A DNA stretch of 64,000 nucleotides from Spirochaetaceae bacterium (GCA_051531975.1 JAOPTT010000003.1:1-64000), one strand, 5' to 3'; positions 1 to 12,983 are shown, counted from the first letter of the stretch. The notes: generated from the sequence alone by a model not told the origin. Program-made: numbers and translations.

Positions 1-667
1 CACCCCTAACTTTTGGTCTTTTACCTAGCCATCTAGATCTACCAGCTTTACCTAACTTGATGTTCATGTGATCCTGATTTCCTACTTCACCTAATGTAGC
101 AATACATTTATGAAAAATAAGTCTCATTTCACCGGACGGAAGTTTTACTGTTACATAATCTCCATCTTTAGCAGCAAGTTGTGCTCCAGCACCTGCAGAT
201 CTTACTAATTGAGCCCCTTTACCAAGCTGTAGTTCAATATTATGTACTGTTCTACCTACTGGTATAAGCTCTAATGGTAGTGCGTTACCTACAGCAATTG
301 GTGCATCAGTTCCACTTACAATTGTAGCGCCTACTTCTAAGCCTCTTGGTGCGATAATATATCGTTTTTCACCATCAGCATAATAAATTAAAGCAAGATT
401 TGCACTTCTGTTTGGATCATACTCAATAGCTTTTACAGTACCAGGTACACCAAACTTGTTTCGTTTAAAGTCAATTGCTCTTAATTTCTTTTTATGTCCA
501 CCACCACGTCTTCTAACACTGATTCTTCCACCTGCACCTCTACCGGCTTTGCTGGAAGCACCTTTAGAAAGAGCTTTTAAAGGTCTTTCTTTTGAAAGTC
601 CCTCAGTTGTTAAACTCTGTCTGTATCTTTGCGACGGGGTTCTAGGATTATAAGTTTTTATTCCCAC
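1..667 (-). CDS. rplB: 50S ribosomal protein L2, 5' part (runs off the window start)
   Basis: Not in the ORF track. Read by hand from GTG at 667 after an [24 protein letters not shown]...[14 protein letters not shown]...; lies directly after rplW. Confidence 0.96.
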   Translation of the reverse strand, partial: MGIKTYNPRTPSQRYRQSLTTEGLSKERPLKALSKGASSKAGRGAGGRISVRRRGGGHKKKLRAIDFKRNKFGVPGTVKAIEYDPNRSANLALIYYADGEKRYIIAPRGLEVGATIVSGTDAPIAVGNALPLELIPVGRTVHNIELQLGKGAQLVRSAGAGAQLAAKDGDYVTVKLPSGEMRLIFHKCIATLGEVGNQDHMNIKLGKAGRSRWLGKRPKVRG

Positions 668-690
668 AGAATTCCTCCTAAACCTTTGCT

Positions 691-1005
691 CTATGCGCCT
701 TCAAACATGTCGATTTTCTCACCAACAGCGAGAGTAACTATTGCTTTTTTCCAAGCAGCAGTATAACCATGACCACGTTTGTAGCTAGCTTTAGAAACAG
801 GAAGGTTTGCCTTCTGTTTTCTCTTCACATTTAATATATTACAATCAGTAGCAGTTACTGAAAATAACTTACTTACAGCTCTTTTGACCTGTAATTTGTT
901 AGCCTTCACATTCACTTTAAAAGTGTACTGTTTTTTAGCGTTCTCACGTAAGTTAATAGATTTCTCAGTAATTACCGGTTCTAAAAGTATTTGATCAATT
1001 GTCAT
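691..1005 (-). CDS. rplW: 50S ribosomal protein L23
   Basis: PVITEKS...YTFKV...ANKLQVK...WKKAIVTL motifs; S10 operon order. Confidence 0.96.
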   Translation of the reverse strand: MTIDQILLEPVITEKSINLRENAKKQYTFKVNVKANKLQVKRAVSKLFSVTATDCNILNVKRKQKANLPVSKASYKRGHGYTAAWKKAIVTLAVGEKIDMFEGA

Positions 1006-1018
1006 AATTTAAATCCTT

Positions 1019-1642
1019 TTATTTCCCGTAGAATTCGTTCAGTTTTTCAACTGCGCCTTCTAGAACAACTATCTTCTTTCCGTAGAAAAGGTCATGTGCT
1101 CTTAATCTGTTATAGCTTAAAAACTTAACGTTAGGAACGTTTCTTCCAGCTCTTCTCACCATTGCATCATCATCTTTTAGAATCACAACAGTTCTTTCAT
1201 TCTCTACAAAGTTACTAATTACTTTAACAAAATCTTTAGTTTTTCCAGACTCAATTGTGAAGTCCTCAATAACCGTAATAAGATCTGTCTTAGCTTTTAA
1301 ACTTAAAATAGATTTCATAGCTAATCTCTTAGCTTTTCTTGGCATTGTATAACTATAATCTCTTGGTTTAGGACCAAAAGCAGTTCCACCACCAACCCAT
1401 ACTGGAGACTTCTTGTCACCGGCTCTAGCTCGACCAGTTCCTTTCTGTTTCCAAGGTTTAGCAGTACTACCTTTTACGTCTTTACGACCTTTTGTACATG
1501 CAGTTCCAACTCTTTTGTTAGCAAGCTCATTATTTATAGCAAGATAAATAGAACCTTCGCTTACTTCACGAGCGAATACAGCATCATCAAGAGTAACACT
1601 TCTAAGTTCTTTACCCTCTATTGAATATACCTTTTTGTCCAT
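1019..1642 (-). CDS. rplD: 50S ribosomal protein L4
   Basis: KPWKQKGTGRARAG and GGGTAFGPKPRDY motifs. Confidence 0.98.
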   Translation of the reverse strand: MDKKVYSIEGKELRSVTLDDAVFAREVSEGSIYLAINNELANKRVGTACTKGRKDVKGSTAKPWKQKGTGRARAGDKKSPVWVGGGTAFGPKPRDYSYTMPRKAKRLAMKSILSLKAKTDLITVIEDFTIESGKTKDFVKVISNFVENERTVVILKDDDAMVRRAGRNVPNVKFLSYNRLRAHDLFYGKKIVVLEGAVEKLNEFYGK

Positions 1643-1650
1643 AATATCCC

Positions 1651-2268
1651 CTACTTCTTCTTCGCGTTTCTAACAACAACGAGTCCGCCTCGTCTACCAG
1701 GAACAGCACCTTTAATTAAAGCAATTTGCATTTCTGCATCAACTTTAACTAATTCAAGATTTTGTACAGTTTTTTTATCGTTACCCATTCTACCAGCCAT
1801 TTTTGTGTTTTTAATAACACGACCGGGATAAGTAGCCATACCTGTACCACCAGCTTCTCTATGAAACTTAGATCCGTGAGTAGCTCTACCACCACCGAAC
1901 CCATGACGCTTCATAACACCCTGGAAACCTTTACCTTTAGAAGTACCTGTAACATCTACAAAAGATATTCCATCTAGTAATTCTACACCAAAAGAGTCAC
2001 CAATAGTACACTCTTTATCAAATCCTCTAAACTCCATAACGTGTTTTTGAGGAGAAACTTCTTTGAACTGACCAGCAACAGGCTTAGAAACTTTTGATTC
2101 TTTAGTTTCTACCGTACCAATAACTACTGCATCGTAACCATCTTTTGCTGTCGATCTTTGACCTACAACAATATTTGATTCGAATTTCACAACCGTTACA
2201 GGTACCAATTCACCATATTCGTTAAATACCTGTGTCATTCCAACTTTTTTGCCGATAAGACTTATCAT
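1651..2268 (-). CDS. rplC: 50S ribosomal protein L3
   Basis: GKKVGMTQVF, GTSKGKGFQG and MAGRMG motifs. Confidence 0.98.
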   Translation of the reverse strand: MISLIGKKVGMTQVFNEYGELVPVTVVKFESNIVVGQRSTAKDGYDAVVIGTVETKESKVSKPVAGQFKEVSPQKHVMEFRGFDKECTIGDSFGVELLDGISFVDVTGTSKGKGFQGVMKRHGFGGGRATHGSKFHREAGGTGMATYPGRVIKNTKMAGRMGNDKKTVQNLELVKVDAEMQIALIKGAVPGRRGGLVVVRNAKKK

Positions 2269-2293
2269 TTAATATCTATCCTTTTATCTGCAC

Positions 2294-2605
2294 TTACTGT
2301 TTAATATCTACGTCAACTCCAGCAGGAAGTTCCAGCTTCATTAACGCGTCCATAACAGCAGAGGTTGGTTCTAATATATCAATAAGACGCTTATGCGTTC
2401 TCATTTCAAACTGTTCTCTTGATTTTTTATTAACAAAAGGAGAACGAAGCACTGTGTACTTGTTAATTCTAGTAGGTAAAGGAACAGGACCAGCTACTTT
2501 AGCTCCCTGTTTCTGTACTGACTGTACAATTGCTTTAGCAGATTGATCCAGTAACTGTACATCAAATCCTCTTAATCTAACTCGAATTTTTCCTTCTTTT
2601 CCCAT
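2294..2605 (-). CDS. rpsJ: 30S ribosomal protein S10
   Basis: GPVPLPT...VLRSP...[18 protein letters not shown]. Confidence 0.98.
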   Translation of the reverse strand: MGKEGKIRVRLRGFDVQLLDQSAKAIVQSVQKQGAKVAGPVPLPTRINKYTVLRSPFVNKKSREQFEMRTHKRLIDILEPTSAVMDALMKLELPAGVDVDIKQ

Positions 2606-2653
2606 TATTCCCCCATAAGATCGAACCGGGATGGTCCGACCTATTTCGAATTA

Positions 2654-3844
2654 CTACTCGACTATTTCAGAAACCTGACCAGAAGCTACAGTTCTTCCAC
2701 CCTCACGGATAGAAAATCTTAAACCTTGCGTCAAGGCAACTGGGTGAATTAACTCAACAGAAATTGTTACGTTATCACCTGGCATAACCATTTGTTTATC
2801 TTCAGGAAGAGTTACTGTACCAGTAATATCTGTTGTTCTGAAGTAAAACTGTGGTCTATAACCACTAAAGAAAGGATTGTGTCGTCCACCCTCGTCTTTA
2901 GTTAACACATATAAAGCTGCAGAGAACTTAGTATGTGGCTTAATTGAACCTGGCTTACAAAGTACTTGACCACGCTGAACAGCTTCTTTGTCGATTCCTC
3001 TTAAAAGAGCACCAACATTGTCACCAGCTAAACCTTGATCTAATAATTTATTAAACATCTCAACACCAGTACATGTAGTTGTTTGAGTATCCTTAATACC
3101 AACGATCTCAACTGTATCACCTACATTAAGAATACCAGTTTCTATTCTACCAGTTACAACAGTACCACGACCTGAAATTGAAAATACATCTTCAATTGGT
3201 AACAAAAAGTCTTTATCAACTTCTCTCTCAGGAATTGGAAAATAAGTATCCATAGTATTTAAAAGTTCTTCGATACAAGCAGTCTTTTCAGTGTCATCAA
3301 TCGCAGACATAGCCTGGAAAGCTGAACCTTTAATAATAGGAGTATCATCACCCGGGAAACCATATTCATTTAAAAGTTCCATAATTTCCATTTCAACTAA
3401 CTCAACTAACTCAGGGTCAGCTAAATCCATCTTATTCATGAAAACTACTAACTTAGGAACTCCAACCTGTCTTGCAAGTAAGATGTGCTCTCTTGTTTGC
3501 GGTTCTGGCCCAGAATCTGCAGCAACTAATAATACAGCACCATCCATCTGAGCAGCACCAGTAATCATGTTTTTAACATAATCGGCATGCCCTGGACAAT
3601 CTACGTGCGCATAATGTCTTGCTTCTGTTGAATACTCAATGTGTCTAGAGTTGATAGTGATACCACGCTCTTTTTCTTCTGGAGCGTTATCAATATCTTC
3701 ATAACTCATGATTTTACCATCTCCAGCTTTAAATGAACAATATGCACTTATAGCAGCTGTAAGAGTTGTTTTACCATGATCTACATGTCCGATAGTACCA
3801 ACATTTATATGTGGTTTCGATCGATCGAATTTTTCCTTAGCCAT
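2654..3844 (-). CDS. tuf: Elongation factor Tu
   Basis: [28 protein letters not shown] and REGGRTV motifs; 396 aa; AGGAGG RBS. Confidence 0.99.
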   Translation of the reverse strand: MAKEKFDRSKPHINVGTIGHVDHGKTTLTAAISAYCSFKAGDGKIMSYEDIDNAPEEKERGITINSRHIEYSTEARHYAHVDCPGHADYVKNMITGAAQMDGAVLLVAADSGPEPQTREHILLARQVGVPKLVVFMNKMDLADPELVELVEMEIMELLNEYGFPGDDTPIIKGSAFQAMSAIDDTEKTACIEELLNTMDTYFPIPEREVDKDFLLPIEDVFSISGRGTVVTGRIETGILNVGDTVEIVGIKDTQTTTCTGVEMFNKLLDQGLAGDNVGALLRGIDKEAVQRGQVLCKPGSIKPHTKFSAALYVLTKDEGGRHNPFFSGYRPQFYFRTTDITGTVTLPEDKQMVMPGDNVTISVELIHPVALTQGLRFSIREGGRTVASGQVSEIVE

Positions 3845-3896
3845 TCCGTCCTCCTGGATAATATTGCTAATAAATATAATATAAATACCATTTCTG

Positions 3897-4070
3897 GGTA
3901 TATTTACTTTAGAGGATTGTATTAGGGATTACTTTTGAAACATAAAAAATAAGCTTGAGCATAAAATCTATCACCTTCTAGTAAACTAGCGGTTTGACAT
4001 GTTGATTTATATTTTCAAACCTGGTTCAAAAGCGGATTACCTAATGCAATCATTCTGCCAGTAAAGCACC
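3897..4070. ncRNA. Candidate rod-like structured RNA (6S-like shape), strand unresolved
   Basis: Nested inverted repeats: 3903-08/4060-65, 3915-26/4040-51, 3932-39/4025-32 and an apical CTAG-TAAA-CTAG, with an A-rich asymmetric central bulge. Family assignment not verified. Confidence 0.4.
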
Positions 4071-4209
4071 ATTGATTTATCAATTGTGCTAAAAACACTT
4101 ACTTGTATTAACAAGTCTGTGTCAACAAGACATCGCTTTGCATTTGCAAAACTATGCCCATTGTATGAAAGCCTTAAACGAACATACAAAAACACTCAGT
4201 TAAGAGCGT

Positions 4210-4266
4210 TTAAATAAAATAACCTAAGTCTGATATTTTATCAATAGCAGAATTAGGTTTATTTAA
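4210..4266 (-). terminator. Long hairpin just downstream of rpsG, probable terminator
   Basis: AACCTAAGTCTG...CAGAATTAGGTT inverted repeat with AT-rich flanks, about 10 bp after the rpsG stop. Confidence 0.55.
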
Positions 4267-4276
4267 AAAAAAGTTA

Positions 4277-4744
4277 TTATTTGTAATGTGAGAAAGCTTT
4301 ATTAGCTTCAGCCATTCTATGAACATCTTCTTTCTTCTTAAAAGCTGTACCAGTTGAATTAAAAGCATCTAATAATTCTGCACCTAATTTAGAAGACATA
4401 GTTTTACCATTTCTTTTTCTAGCTGCTGAAATTATCCATCTCATTGATAATGCTTCTTTTCTACTATCTCTAACCTCTATAGGTATTTGATATGTAGAAC
4501 CACCAACTCTTCGAGACTTAACCTCTACTGCTGGTTTAACATTTTCAATAGCTTTTAAAAATACTTCTAAAGCTTCTTTCTCAGTTTTAGTTGCTAAGAA
4601 ATCCATAGCTCCATAAATACACTTTCGACTTACGGATCTTTTTCCATCAACCATCATTCTTGAAATAAACTTTGCAACAACTGCACTAGAATATTTTGAA
4701 TCTGGAGTTACAGGTCTTTTTTCTGCTGCTCTTCGTCTTGACAT
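4277..4744 (-). CDS. rpsG: 30S ribosomal protein S7
   Basis: [15 protein letters not shown] and [13 protein letters not shown]. Confidence 0.98.
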   Translation of the reverse strand: MSRRRAAEKRPVTPDSKYSSAVVAKFISRMMVDGKRSVSRKCIYGAMDFLATKTEKEALEVFLKAIENVKPAVEVKSRRVGGSTYQIPIEVRDSRKEALSMRWIISAARKRNGKTMSSKLGAELLDAFNSTGTAFKKKEDVHRMAEANKAFSHYK

Positions 4745-4754
4745 CTCTTACCCC

Positions 4755-5129
4755 TTAAGCCTTAGGTCTCTTAGTACCATATTTACTTCTAGCTTGTCTT
4801 CTTGACTCAACACCTAAAGTATCTTTAGTACCTCGAATAATATGATATCTAACACCAGGTAAATCTTTAATAGCTCCACCTCTTAGACAAACAACACTAT
4901 GTTCCTGTAAGTTATGACCAATTCCTGGAATATAAGCAGTAACTTCAATACCATTTGTAAGTCTAACTCTTGCAACTTTTCTAAGTGCAGAATTTGGCTT
5001 TTTTGGAGTTACAGTCATTACTCTTGTACATACACCTCTTTTTTGAGGACAGCCCTGCAGTGCAGGTGCTTTAGTTTTCTTTTTAGTAGACTTTCGTCCT
5101 TTTCTAACTAATTGATTAACAGTTGGCAT
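4755..5129 (-). CDS. rpsL: 30S ribosomal protein S12
   Basis: [20 protein letters not shown] and KDLPGVRYH motifs. Confidence 0.99.
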   Translation of the reverse strand: MPTVNQLVRKGRKSTKKKTKAPALQGCPQKRGVCTRVMTVTPKKPNSALRKVARVRLTNGIEVTAYIPGIGHNLQEHSVVCLRGGAIKDLPGVRYHIIRGTKDTLGVESRRQARSKYGTKRPKA

Positions 5130-5247
5130 TCGCCTCTCCTAATGTTTAATTAAATATCCAATGAACCTGTACAATTGATACAAAGTAGGAAAATCCATGG
5201 TATTCGTTTTCAGCATGTTCGTGAAAAATAACATACTGAGAAATTAA

Positions 5248-5276
5248 ATTCAAGGGTTCAGCATAAACCCTTGAAT
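5248..5276 (-). terminator. Intrinsic terminator-like hairpin after rpoC
   Basis: Perfect 11-bp stem ATTCAAGGGTT/AACCCTTGAAT just past the rpoC stop. Confidence 0.7.
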
Positions 5277-5281
5277 GAATT

Positions 5282-8200
5282 TTAAATTTCTTCGTCTGGG
5301 GACGCTAGAGCAGCTTTTGCTCTTTCGTTCATAATCTCTTGGACATGTTGATCTAAATCTTCAACATCTTCATTATACAACTTTGGTCCGGCATAACGTT
5401 TCATACCAGTACCAGCTGGAATTAAGTGACCGATAACTACGTTTTCTTTAAGACCACGTAACTCATCAATGTCTCCAGCAATAGCTGCATTAGTTAATAC
5501 TCTAGTAGTTTCCTGGAAGGAAGCTGCAGATATCCAAGAATCAATCTGTAATGATGCTCTTGTAATACCTAATAATAGAGGTTTTGCAACTGATGGTTGT
5601 CCACCTTCAGATACAACTTTATCATTCTCTGATCTAAAAGAATATTTATCGATCTGCTGACCGTAGATAAAGTGAGTATCACCAACTTCAGTAATCTCAA
5701 TTTTTCTCATCATCTGACGTACAATTACACCGATATGTTTATCGTTAATTTGTACACCCTGCATTCGATATACTTCTTGAACTTCATCAACAAGGAATCT
5801 CTGAAGAGCATTTTCACCTAAGATATCAAGGACATCATGTGGATCAATATTACCTTCACAAAGTTTTTCACCAGCTTTAACAGTATCTCCATCTCTAACA
5901 ACAAGGTGTTTACCCATTAATATCTGATGTTTAAATTCTCTACCATAAGGATCTTCAACTACAACGAGTCTCTTACCTTTAGCAATACCTTTAAATCTAA
6001 CAAGTCCACCAATTTTAGCTAAAATTGCTTCAGTTCTAGGTCTTCTAGCTTCAAAAAGCTCTCCAACTCTAGGTAAACCACCAGTAATATCTTGTGTCTT
6101 AGCACTCTCTTTAAGAAGCTTAGCCAAAGTAGTACCAGCAATTATAGTCTCGTTATCATCAATACTTAAATAAGCATTATTTGGTAAGAAGTATGAAGCT
6201 AACTCTTTTCCTTTTTTATCTACAATTAAAATTCTAGGCTGTAATGTTTCAGCAGCATTGTCAGAGATTTTTTTCTCAACATTACCAGTATCTTCATTTA
6301 CCTCCTCTTTTAAAGTAGAACCTGGGATAATATCTTCATATTTTGTAATACCATCTACCTCAGCAATAATTGGATCACTAAATGGGTCAAAGAATGCAAT
6401 TGATTCTTCAGCAGGTATTATCTGATTAGGTTGAACAATAACTGTTGAACCATTTCTAATAACAACAATTTGGTCCTGTGCAACTAGAAGTAAGACATCA
6501 CCGTGTAGAATAACAAAAGCTATATCATCAGCATCAACTGGATTAGTTTTTCTATCAATTATTCTTTCACCCTTAATTACTTTTTGTCCATCTTCAACAA
6601 GGATCTTATCACCTTTTTCTATTTTATAAGAATCAAGTATTTTGGCTACTGTCATCTCACCTTTCCTTGTGAAAAGGATCTTACCATCTTCTAATGGTAC
6701 AGATTGACCTACCATATTTTTAATTAAAACAGGGTAGTTTAAAGAAACCTTATTATCTTCTGTAATTGCAGAAGCGGCTCCACCAACATGGAATGTTCTC
6801 ATTGTTAACTGTGTACCAGGCTGACCAATAGATTGAGCAGCAACAATACCAACAGCTTCACCAATATTAACATTTTTATTTCTTGAAAGGTCTCTACCAT
6901 AACATTTTCTACAAACACCTTGTTTTGCTTCACATGTTAATACAGTTCTAACCTTTACAGTCTCGACACCAACTTCTTCAATATCTCTAGCGATTTTATC
7001 AGAAATTTCTTCGTTTACATCGATAATGATCTCCGCTGTAATTGGATGCTGTACTCTCTCTAAAGTAAATCGACCCTGAATTCTATCAGATAATGCTTCA
7101 ACAACATCTTCACCATCTTTAAGAGCAGTCATCTCAATACCGTTAATAGTTCCACAATCTTCTTCGTTAATAACTACATCTTGAGCAATATCAACAAGTC
7201 TTCTTGTAAGATAACCGGCATCGGCTGTTTTAAGAGCTGTATCGGCTAAACCTTTTCGGGCACCATTTGTAGAGATAAAGAACTCTATTACCGATAGACC
7301 CTCTTTAAAGTTAGATCTAATTGGAAGTTCAATAATATCACCAGAAGGCTTAGCCATAAGACCACGCATACCAGACAATTGTCTGATCTGGTTTTTAGAA
7401 CCACGGGCTCCAGAGTTTGCCATCATGTAAATATTGTTAAAACCATCTTGGTCTTTTTCAATATTTTTATATAGTTCATTTGTTAACTTATCATTAGTAG
7501 TAGACCAAACCTCAACTACACGGTTATATCTCTCATCAGAAGTGATGTGACCCTGCATATATTGGTTAATAATCTTGCTCTCTTCAGCATTTGCAGCGTC
7601 AATCATCTCTTTTTTAGCGTCTGGTATTAAAATATCATCAACACCGATTGATGCACCAAAAACAGTTGCATACTTATACCCAGTATCTTTAATAATATCT
7701 AACATCTGAACAGTAACATATGATCCATGCTCTTCGTATGTATGAGAAATTAGATCTCTAATCTGATCATCACCTAATCTATAATTTACATATGCAACTT
7801 CATCTGGAAGAACATCATTAAAAATTAGTCTACCAGCAGTAGTTTTAATCCACTCATCTTCAACCAAAACGTTGATTAATGCTTGGTACTCAACTGCATC
7901 AGCTTGAACTGCTAATAAAACTTCATCAGATGAAGAGAAATATTTACCAGTTCCATGAGCTTTAGGTTTCTCACTAGTTAAGTGATAGATACCAAGTACC
8001 ATATCCTGTGATGGATATACAACTGGTTGACCATTTGCAGGTGACATTAAGTTTGTATCAGACAACATTAAAGTCCAACACTCAATTTGTGCTGCTCTTG
8101 TTAAAGGTACGTGAACAGCCATCTGGTCACCATCGAAGTCAGCATTAAATGCATGACAAACTAATGGGTGAAGACGGATAGCTTTACCCTCAACTAATAC

Positions 8201-9484
8201 AGGTTCAAATGCTTGAACACCTAATCTATGCAGAGTTGGCGCTCTATTTAAAAGAACTGGATGTTCTTTAACAACTTCGTCTAGTACTGCCCAAACTTCT
8301 GGAGTTTCGTGCTCAACTAAACTTTTAGCTTTCTTAATATTATATACAATGTCTCTTTCAACAAGTTTTTTCATAATAAACGGCTTAAATAGCTCTAATG
8401 CCATTTTTGCAGGTAAACCACATTGGTGAAGTTTTAAATTCGGACCAACAACAATTACCGATCGACCAGAATAGTCAACACGTTTACCAAGTAAGTTCTG
8501 TCTAAATCGACCTTGCTTACCTTTTAACATATCAGATAAAGATTTAAGAGGTCTGTTTGATGCACCTTTAACAACTTTTTTCTTTTTAGAGTTATCAAAT
8601 AAAGCATCTACAGCTTCTTGTAACATTCTCTTTTCGTTTCTGATTATAATATCAGGAGCGTGTAGAGCCATCAATCTTTTAAGTCTGTTATTTCTGTTAA
8701 TTACTCTTCTATATAAATCGTTTAAGTCAGATGTAGCAAATCTACCACCATCTAACTGAACCATAGGTCTTAACTCTGGAGGAATAACTGGAATAACATC
8801 TAATATCATCCACTCACATCTATTACCAGAATCTCTAAAGTTCTCAACTATCTCAATTCTTTTAAGAAGTCTTTTATCAGATTTAGCACCTTTATCAGCC
8901 ATTTTAGCTCTTAACTCAGCAGACAAAGTATCTAAATCTAAGTTTTCAAGTATAGAACTAACAGCTTCACCACCCATACCTGCAGTAAAAGTAACACCAT
9001 ATCTATCTCTAGCTTCAGCATACTCTTCTTCAGTTAATAATTGATGTTTCTTAAGATCTGTATCCGCTGGTTCAATTACTATATATTTCTCATAATATAA
9101 AACACTTCTAAGTGCAGCAATTGAGAGATCTAAAAGTAGACCCATTCTTGAAGGAACAGATCGGTAGTACCAAATATGAGATACAGGACATGCTAATTCA
9201 ATATGTCCCATTCTTTCACGTCTTACTTTAAAGTGAGTTACCTCAACTCCACATCTATCACATACAACACCTTTGTATCTAATAGATTTGAATTTACCAC
9301 AGTAACATTCCCACTCTTTAGTAGTTCCGAAGATTCTCTCACAAAATAGACCCTCTTTTTCTGGTCTAAGTGTTCTATAGTTAATAGTTTCTGGTTTTTT
9401 AACCTCACCATAAGACCATGCTCTGATCTGTTCTGGTGAAGCAAGCTTTAACATTATATGGTCAAAATCTTGTTGTTCATTCAT
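5282..9484 (-). CDS. rpoC: DNA-directed RNA polymerase subunit beta'
   Basis: [12 protein letters not shown] catalytic motif, N-terminal Zn finger and [10 protein letters not shown]; 1400 aa. Confidence 0.99.
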   Translation of the reverse strand: MNEQQDFDHIMLKLASPEQIRAWSYGEVKKPETINYRTLRPEKEGLFCERIFGTTKEWECYCGKFKSIRYKGVVCDRCGVEVTHFKVRRERMGHIELACPVSHIWYYRSVPSRMGLLLDLSIAALRSVLYYEKYIVIEPADTDLKKHQLLTEEEYAEARDRYGVTFTAGMGGEAVSSILENLDLDTLSAELRAKMADKGAKSDKRLLKRIEIVENFRDSGNRCEWMILDVIPVIPPELRPMVQLDGGRFATSDLNDLYRRVINRNNRLKRLMALHAPDIIIRNEKRMLQEAVDALFDNSKKKKVVKGASNRPLKSLSDMLKGKQGRFRQNLLGKRVDYSGRSVIVVGPNLKLHQCGLPAKMALELFKPFIMKKLVERDIVYNIKKAKSLVEHETPEVWAVLDEVVKEHPVLLNRAPTLHRLGVQAFEPVLVEGKAIRLHPLVCHAFNADFDGDQMAVHVPLTRAAQIECWTLMLSDTNLMSPANGQPVVYPSQDMVLGIYHLTSEKPKAHGTGKYFSSSDEVLLAVQADAVEYQALINVLVEDEWIKTTAGRLIFNDVLPDEVAYVNYRLGDDQIRDLISHTYEEHGSYVTVQMLDIIKDTGYKYATVFGASIGVDDILIPDAKKEMIDAANAEESKIINQYMQGHITSDERYNRVVEVWSTTNDKLTNELYKNIEKDQDGFNNIYMMANSGARGSKNQIRQLSGMRGLMAKPSGDIIELPIRSNFKEGLSVIEFFISTNGARKGLADTALKTADAGYLTRRLVDIAQDVVINEEDCGTINGIEMTALKDGEDVVEALSDRIQGRFTLERVQHPITAEIIIDVNEEISDKIARDIEEVGVETVKVRTVLTCEAKQGVCRKCYGRDLSRNKNVNIGEAVGIVAAQSIGQPGTQLTMRTFHVGGAASAITEDNKVSLNYPVLIKNMVGQSVPLEDGKILFTRKGEMTVAKILDSYKIEKGDKILVEDGQKVIKGERIIDRKTNPVDADDIAFVILHGDVLLLVAQDQIVVIRNGSTVIVQPNQIIPAEESIAFFDPFSDPIIAEVDGITKYEDIIPGSTLKEEVNEDTGNVEKKISDNAAETLQPRILIVDKKGKELASYFLPNNAYLSIDDNETIIAGTTLAKLLKESAKTQDITGGLPRVGELFEARRPRTEAILAKIGGLVRFKGIAKGKRLVVVEDPYGREFKHQILMGKHLVVRDGDTVKAGEKLCEGNIDPHDVLDILGENALQRFLVDEVQEVYRMQGVQINDKHIGVIVRQMMRKIEITEVGDTHFIYGQQIDKYSFRSENDKVVSEGGQPSVAKPLLLGITRASLQIDSWISAASFQETTRVLTNAAIAGDIDELRGLKENVVIGHLIPAGTGMKRYAGPKLYNEDVEDLDQHVQEIMNERAKAALASPDEEI

Positions 9485-9497
9485 TACCTATATCTCC

Positions 9498-12400
9498 TTA
9501 GAACCGGCTGCCCTGTTTATCAATAATCTCAGCATCTCTTTCTGTTAAAGGAACTTCTCTTCCTTTTTCATCAAAAATTGTTAAGTTTAAGGCTAGTCCT
9601 CTTAACTCTTGTACAAGTACTCTAAATGATTCAGGGACACCTGCAAATGTTGCAACGTCACCTTTTACAATACTTTCATAGATTTTAGCTCTACCAACCA
9701 TATCATCTGATTTAATTGTTAGAAGCTCTTGTAGTGTATGGGCTGCACCATAAGCTTGGAATGCCCAAACCTCCATCTCTCCAAGTCTCTGTCCACCGAA
9801 CTGAGCTTTACCACCAAGTGGTTGCTGAGTAACTAATGAATAAGGACCAGTTGATCTGGCATGCATTTTATCATCAACTAAGTGATGAAGTTTTAAGTAG
9901 TACATATAACCAACAAAAACGTCGTTTTTGAAAGCCTCTCCTGTGTAACCATCGTAAAGTGTTACTTTAGAACTTCTTGGTAATCCAGCTTCTTCTAAAA
10001 TATCTTCAATCTTCTCTGTAGATGCAGATTGGAAAACTGGAGTTTCAAAGAACTTACCTAAAGTTCCAGCAGCCCAACCAAGCTCAGTCTCTAAGATCTG
10101 ACCAATATTCATACGTGACGGTACACCTAATGGGTTTAGACAGATATCTAATGATGTTCCATCCTTCATAAAAGGCATATCTTCAACTGGTAATATTCGT
10201 GCAATAACACCTTTATTACCATGTCTACCAGCCATCTTATCACCCTCTTTTAGCTTTCGCTTAGTAGCAATAAGAACTTTAACAACTTCTTCTACACCAG
10301 GAGATAATTCATCACCTTCTGATCTTTTTAGTCGCTGAATATCTAATACTGTACCTTCAACACCATGTGGTATTTTTAATGAAGAGTCTCTAACTTCTTT
10401 AGCTTTTTCACCAAAGATAGAGTTAAGTAGCTTAAATTCTGGAGTAGTTTCAGTTTCGTTTTTAGGCGTAACCTTACCTACTAATATAGCACCAGACTTA
10501 ACTTTTGCTCCAACACGAACGATCCCTTCAGCATCTAACTGCTCTAAAGCTCTCTCTCCTGTATTAGGAACATCTCTAGTTAACTTTTCTGGACCAAGTT
10601 TAGTCTCTCGAATTTCTGTAACAAACTCTTTTATATGTATTGAAGTATAATAATCATCTTTTACAATTCTTTCAGAAATAAGGATCGCATCCTCATAGTT
10701 GTAACCATTCCAAGGAACAAATCCAACTAATAAGTTTTTACCAAGTGCTAGTTCTCCATTTGCAACAGAAGGTCCGTCTGATAAAATATCACCAGGCTTA
10801 ACAATTTCACCTTTACTAACAATCGGTCTCTGATTAAAACAAGTATCCTGGTTAGTTCTTTGGAACTTTGTAAGAGGATAAGTAACAGGCTCTGAACCAT
10901 CTGTAGGGTTAATGATAACTCTATCAGTTGCTACATAAGTTACTTCACCTTCAATTGTAGATTTTACTAAAACACCTGAATCGTACGCACATTTAGCTTC
11001 CATTCCTGTTCCAACTAGTGGAGCTTCTGGAAATAAAAGAGGAACAGCTTGACGTTGCATGTTACAACCCATCAGGGCTCTGTTTGCATCATCGTGCTCT
11101 AAAAATGGAATCAAAGATGCTGAAGCTGAAATAATCTGCTTTGGACTTACATCCATGTATTTAATATCTGAAGGAACTTTTGTAGAATAGTCACCACTTT
11201 TTCTAACAGCAACTCTCTCTTCTAATAACTTTCCTTCTTTACTTAATACAGCACTTGCTTGGGCAATATAATGCTTTTCTTCATCCATTGCTGATAGATA
11301 CTCAACTTCTCGAGTAACCATTCCATCTACAACTTTTCTATAAGGAGTTTCTAAGAAACCAAAATCATTTACTTTTGTATAGTTTGCCAATGAAACGATA
11401 AGACCAATATTTGGTCCCTCGGGAGTTTCAATAGGACACATTCTTCCATAATGAGAATAATGAACATCACGAACTTCAAATCCTGCTCTATCTCGAGAAA
11501 GACCACCTGGACCTAATGCATTTAGTCTTCTTTTATGTGTTAACTCAGAAAGTGGATTAACTTGATCCATAAATTGAGATAACTGAGAAGAACCAAAAAA
11601 TTCTTTTATTGCAGCCACAATTGGTTTGATGGAAATAAGATCTTGAGGTTTTAAAGCTTCATTATCTTTAAGAGACATTCTCTCTTTTGAAATTCTTTCC
11701 ATTCTTGAAAATGCAGCTTTTAAAGAGTTAGTTAAAAGTTCACCAACACTTCTAATTCTTCTGTTTCCTAAATGATCAATATCATCTATAGATGCGTCAC
11801 CTTCATATACTTTAATTAGTTGAGACATAGTATTAACAATATCTCTCATCTCAAGTACTAAAGAGTTATTATCATCTTCATAGTCGAATTTTTTGTTTAA
11901 TTTATATCTACCAACCGAACCTAACTCATATCTTCTTAAAGAAAAGAACATTGATTTAAGGTCTTTTTCTGCACTTTCAACAGTAATTGGCTCACCTGGT
12001 TGAAGAATTGCATAAACTTGAGCAATTGCCTCTTCTCTTGATGGTTCATCTTTTTCAAGATCATCTTTACTAAATTTTGACTCTTCTCTTTCGAAACAGT
12101 TTAAAATAACACGAGAATCTAAAGATCCTTCTGCATCAAAATCAATTATGTCAATTTTTTTAACACCGGAAGATAACATCTCATCAATATCATGTGGATG
12201 AATTTTCTCACCAGCTCTATATAGTTTTTTATCTTCTCCGTCTTTTTGACCAAAAACAGCTTTAGCGAAGTATCTATTAATCAGATCTTCTTTGCTCTTT
12301 TTAGTCACCTTAACAGATTCAGTTACAAAAAAATGCTCGATTATTTGCTCTCTATTTTTAAAACCTAATGCTCTTAAAAACAGTGAACCTAAAACTTTTT

Positions 12401-12983
12401 TCTTTCTATCTATTTTTGCGTAAATCAGTTCTCTTTTTTGATCAATTTCAAACTCTAACCAAGAACCTCTATACGGAATTATTCGTGATGAATAGACATC
12501 TTTGTCTCGTGAAAAAATAACACCTGGTGATCTATGAATCTGACTAACAACAACACGCTCAGCACCATTTATAATAAATGTACCTCGACCTGTCATTAAT
12601 GGAACATCACCCATATAAAGAACTTTTTGTCTAATTTCTCCAGTATTATTAAATACAAGATTTATATTTGCTTTAACAGGTAAAGAATAACTTAAACCTT
12701 TCTTCTTACAAACTGATTCGGTTATTAACTCTTTTTTTGTATCCAATATATAATTATTGAATTCAAGGGTTAGTTCTCCATTTGAGCTCTCAATAGGGAA
12801 TATAGATCTAAATACACTTTCTAAACCTTGATCTTGAAGAGCTCCGCCCTTCTCTAAAGTTTCTTTTTGTAAAAACTTCTCATATGATGACAATTGAATG
12901 TCTATAAGATTTGGTAATTCCATTACCTCATCATATTCTTTCCCAATATAACTTCGGGCTACTGACTTATCTCGAACAAACAC
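9498..12983 (-). CDS. rpoB: DNA-directed RNA polymerase subunit beta
   Basis: [23 protein letters not shown] and [12 protein letters not shown] start. Confidence 0.99.
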   Translation of the reverse strand: MFVRDKSVARSYIGKEYDEVMELPNLIDIQLSSYEKFLQKETLEKGGALQDQGLESVFRSIFPIESSNGELTLEFNNYILDTKKELITESVCKKKGLSYSLPVKANINLVFNNTGEIRQKVLYMGDVPLMTGRGTFIINGAERVVVSQIHRSPGVIFSRDKDVYSSRIIPYRGSWLEFEIDQKRELIYAKIDRKKKVLGSLFLRALGFKNREQIIEHFFVTESVKVTKKSKEDLINRYFAKAVFGQKDGEDKKLYRAGEKIHPHDIDEMLSSGVKKIDIIDFDAEGSLDSRVILNCFEREESKFSKDDLEKDEPSREEAIAQVYAILQPGEPITVESAEKDLKSMFFSLRRYELGSVGRYKLNKKFDYEDDNNSLVLEMRDIVNTMSQLIKVYEGDASIDDIDHLGNRRIRSVGELLTNSLKAAFSRMERISKERMSLKDNEALKPQDLISIKPIVAAIKEFFGSSQLSQFMDQVNPLSELTHKRRLNALGPGGLSRDRAGFEVRDVHYSHYGRMCPIETPEGPNIGLIVSLANYTKVNDFGFLETPYRKVVDGMVTREVEYLSAMDEEKHYIAQASAVLSKEGKLLEERVAVRKSGDYSTKVPSDIKYMDVSPKQIISASASLIPFLEHDDANRALMGCNMQRQAVPLLFPEAPLVGTGMEAKCAYDSGVLVKSTIEGEVTYVATDRVIINPTDGSEPVTYPLTKFQRTNQDTCFNQRPIVSKGEIVKPGDILSDGPSVANGELALGKNLLVGFVPWNGYNYEDAILISERIVKDDYYTSIHIKEFVTEIRETKLGPEKLTRDVPNTGERALEQLDAEGIVRVGAKVKSGAILVGKVTPKNETETTPEFKLLNSIFGEKAKEVRDSSLKIPHGVEGTVLDIQRLKRSEGDELSPGVEEVVKVLIATKRKLKEGDKMAGRHGNKGVIARILPVEDMPFMKDGTSLDICLNPLGVPSRMNIGQILETELGWAAGTLGKFFETPVFQSASTEKIEDILEEAGLPRSSKVTLYDGYTGEAFKNDVFVGYMYYLKLHHLVDDKMHARSTGPYSLVTQQPLGGKAQFGGQRLGEMEVWAFQAYGAAHTLQELLTIKSDDMVGRAKIYESIVKGDVATFAGVPESFRVLVQELRGLALNLTIFDEKGREVPLTERDAEIIDKQGSRF

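Noticed and set aside
3845..4276. tmRNA, RNase P RNA, SRP RNA or an EF-G remnant
   Set aside because: No tRNA-like GGGG...CCA ends, no GAGGAAAGTCC, no SRP domain IV motif and no GTPase motifs were seen.
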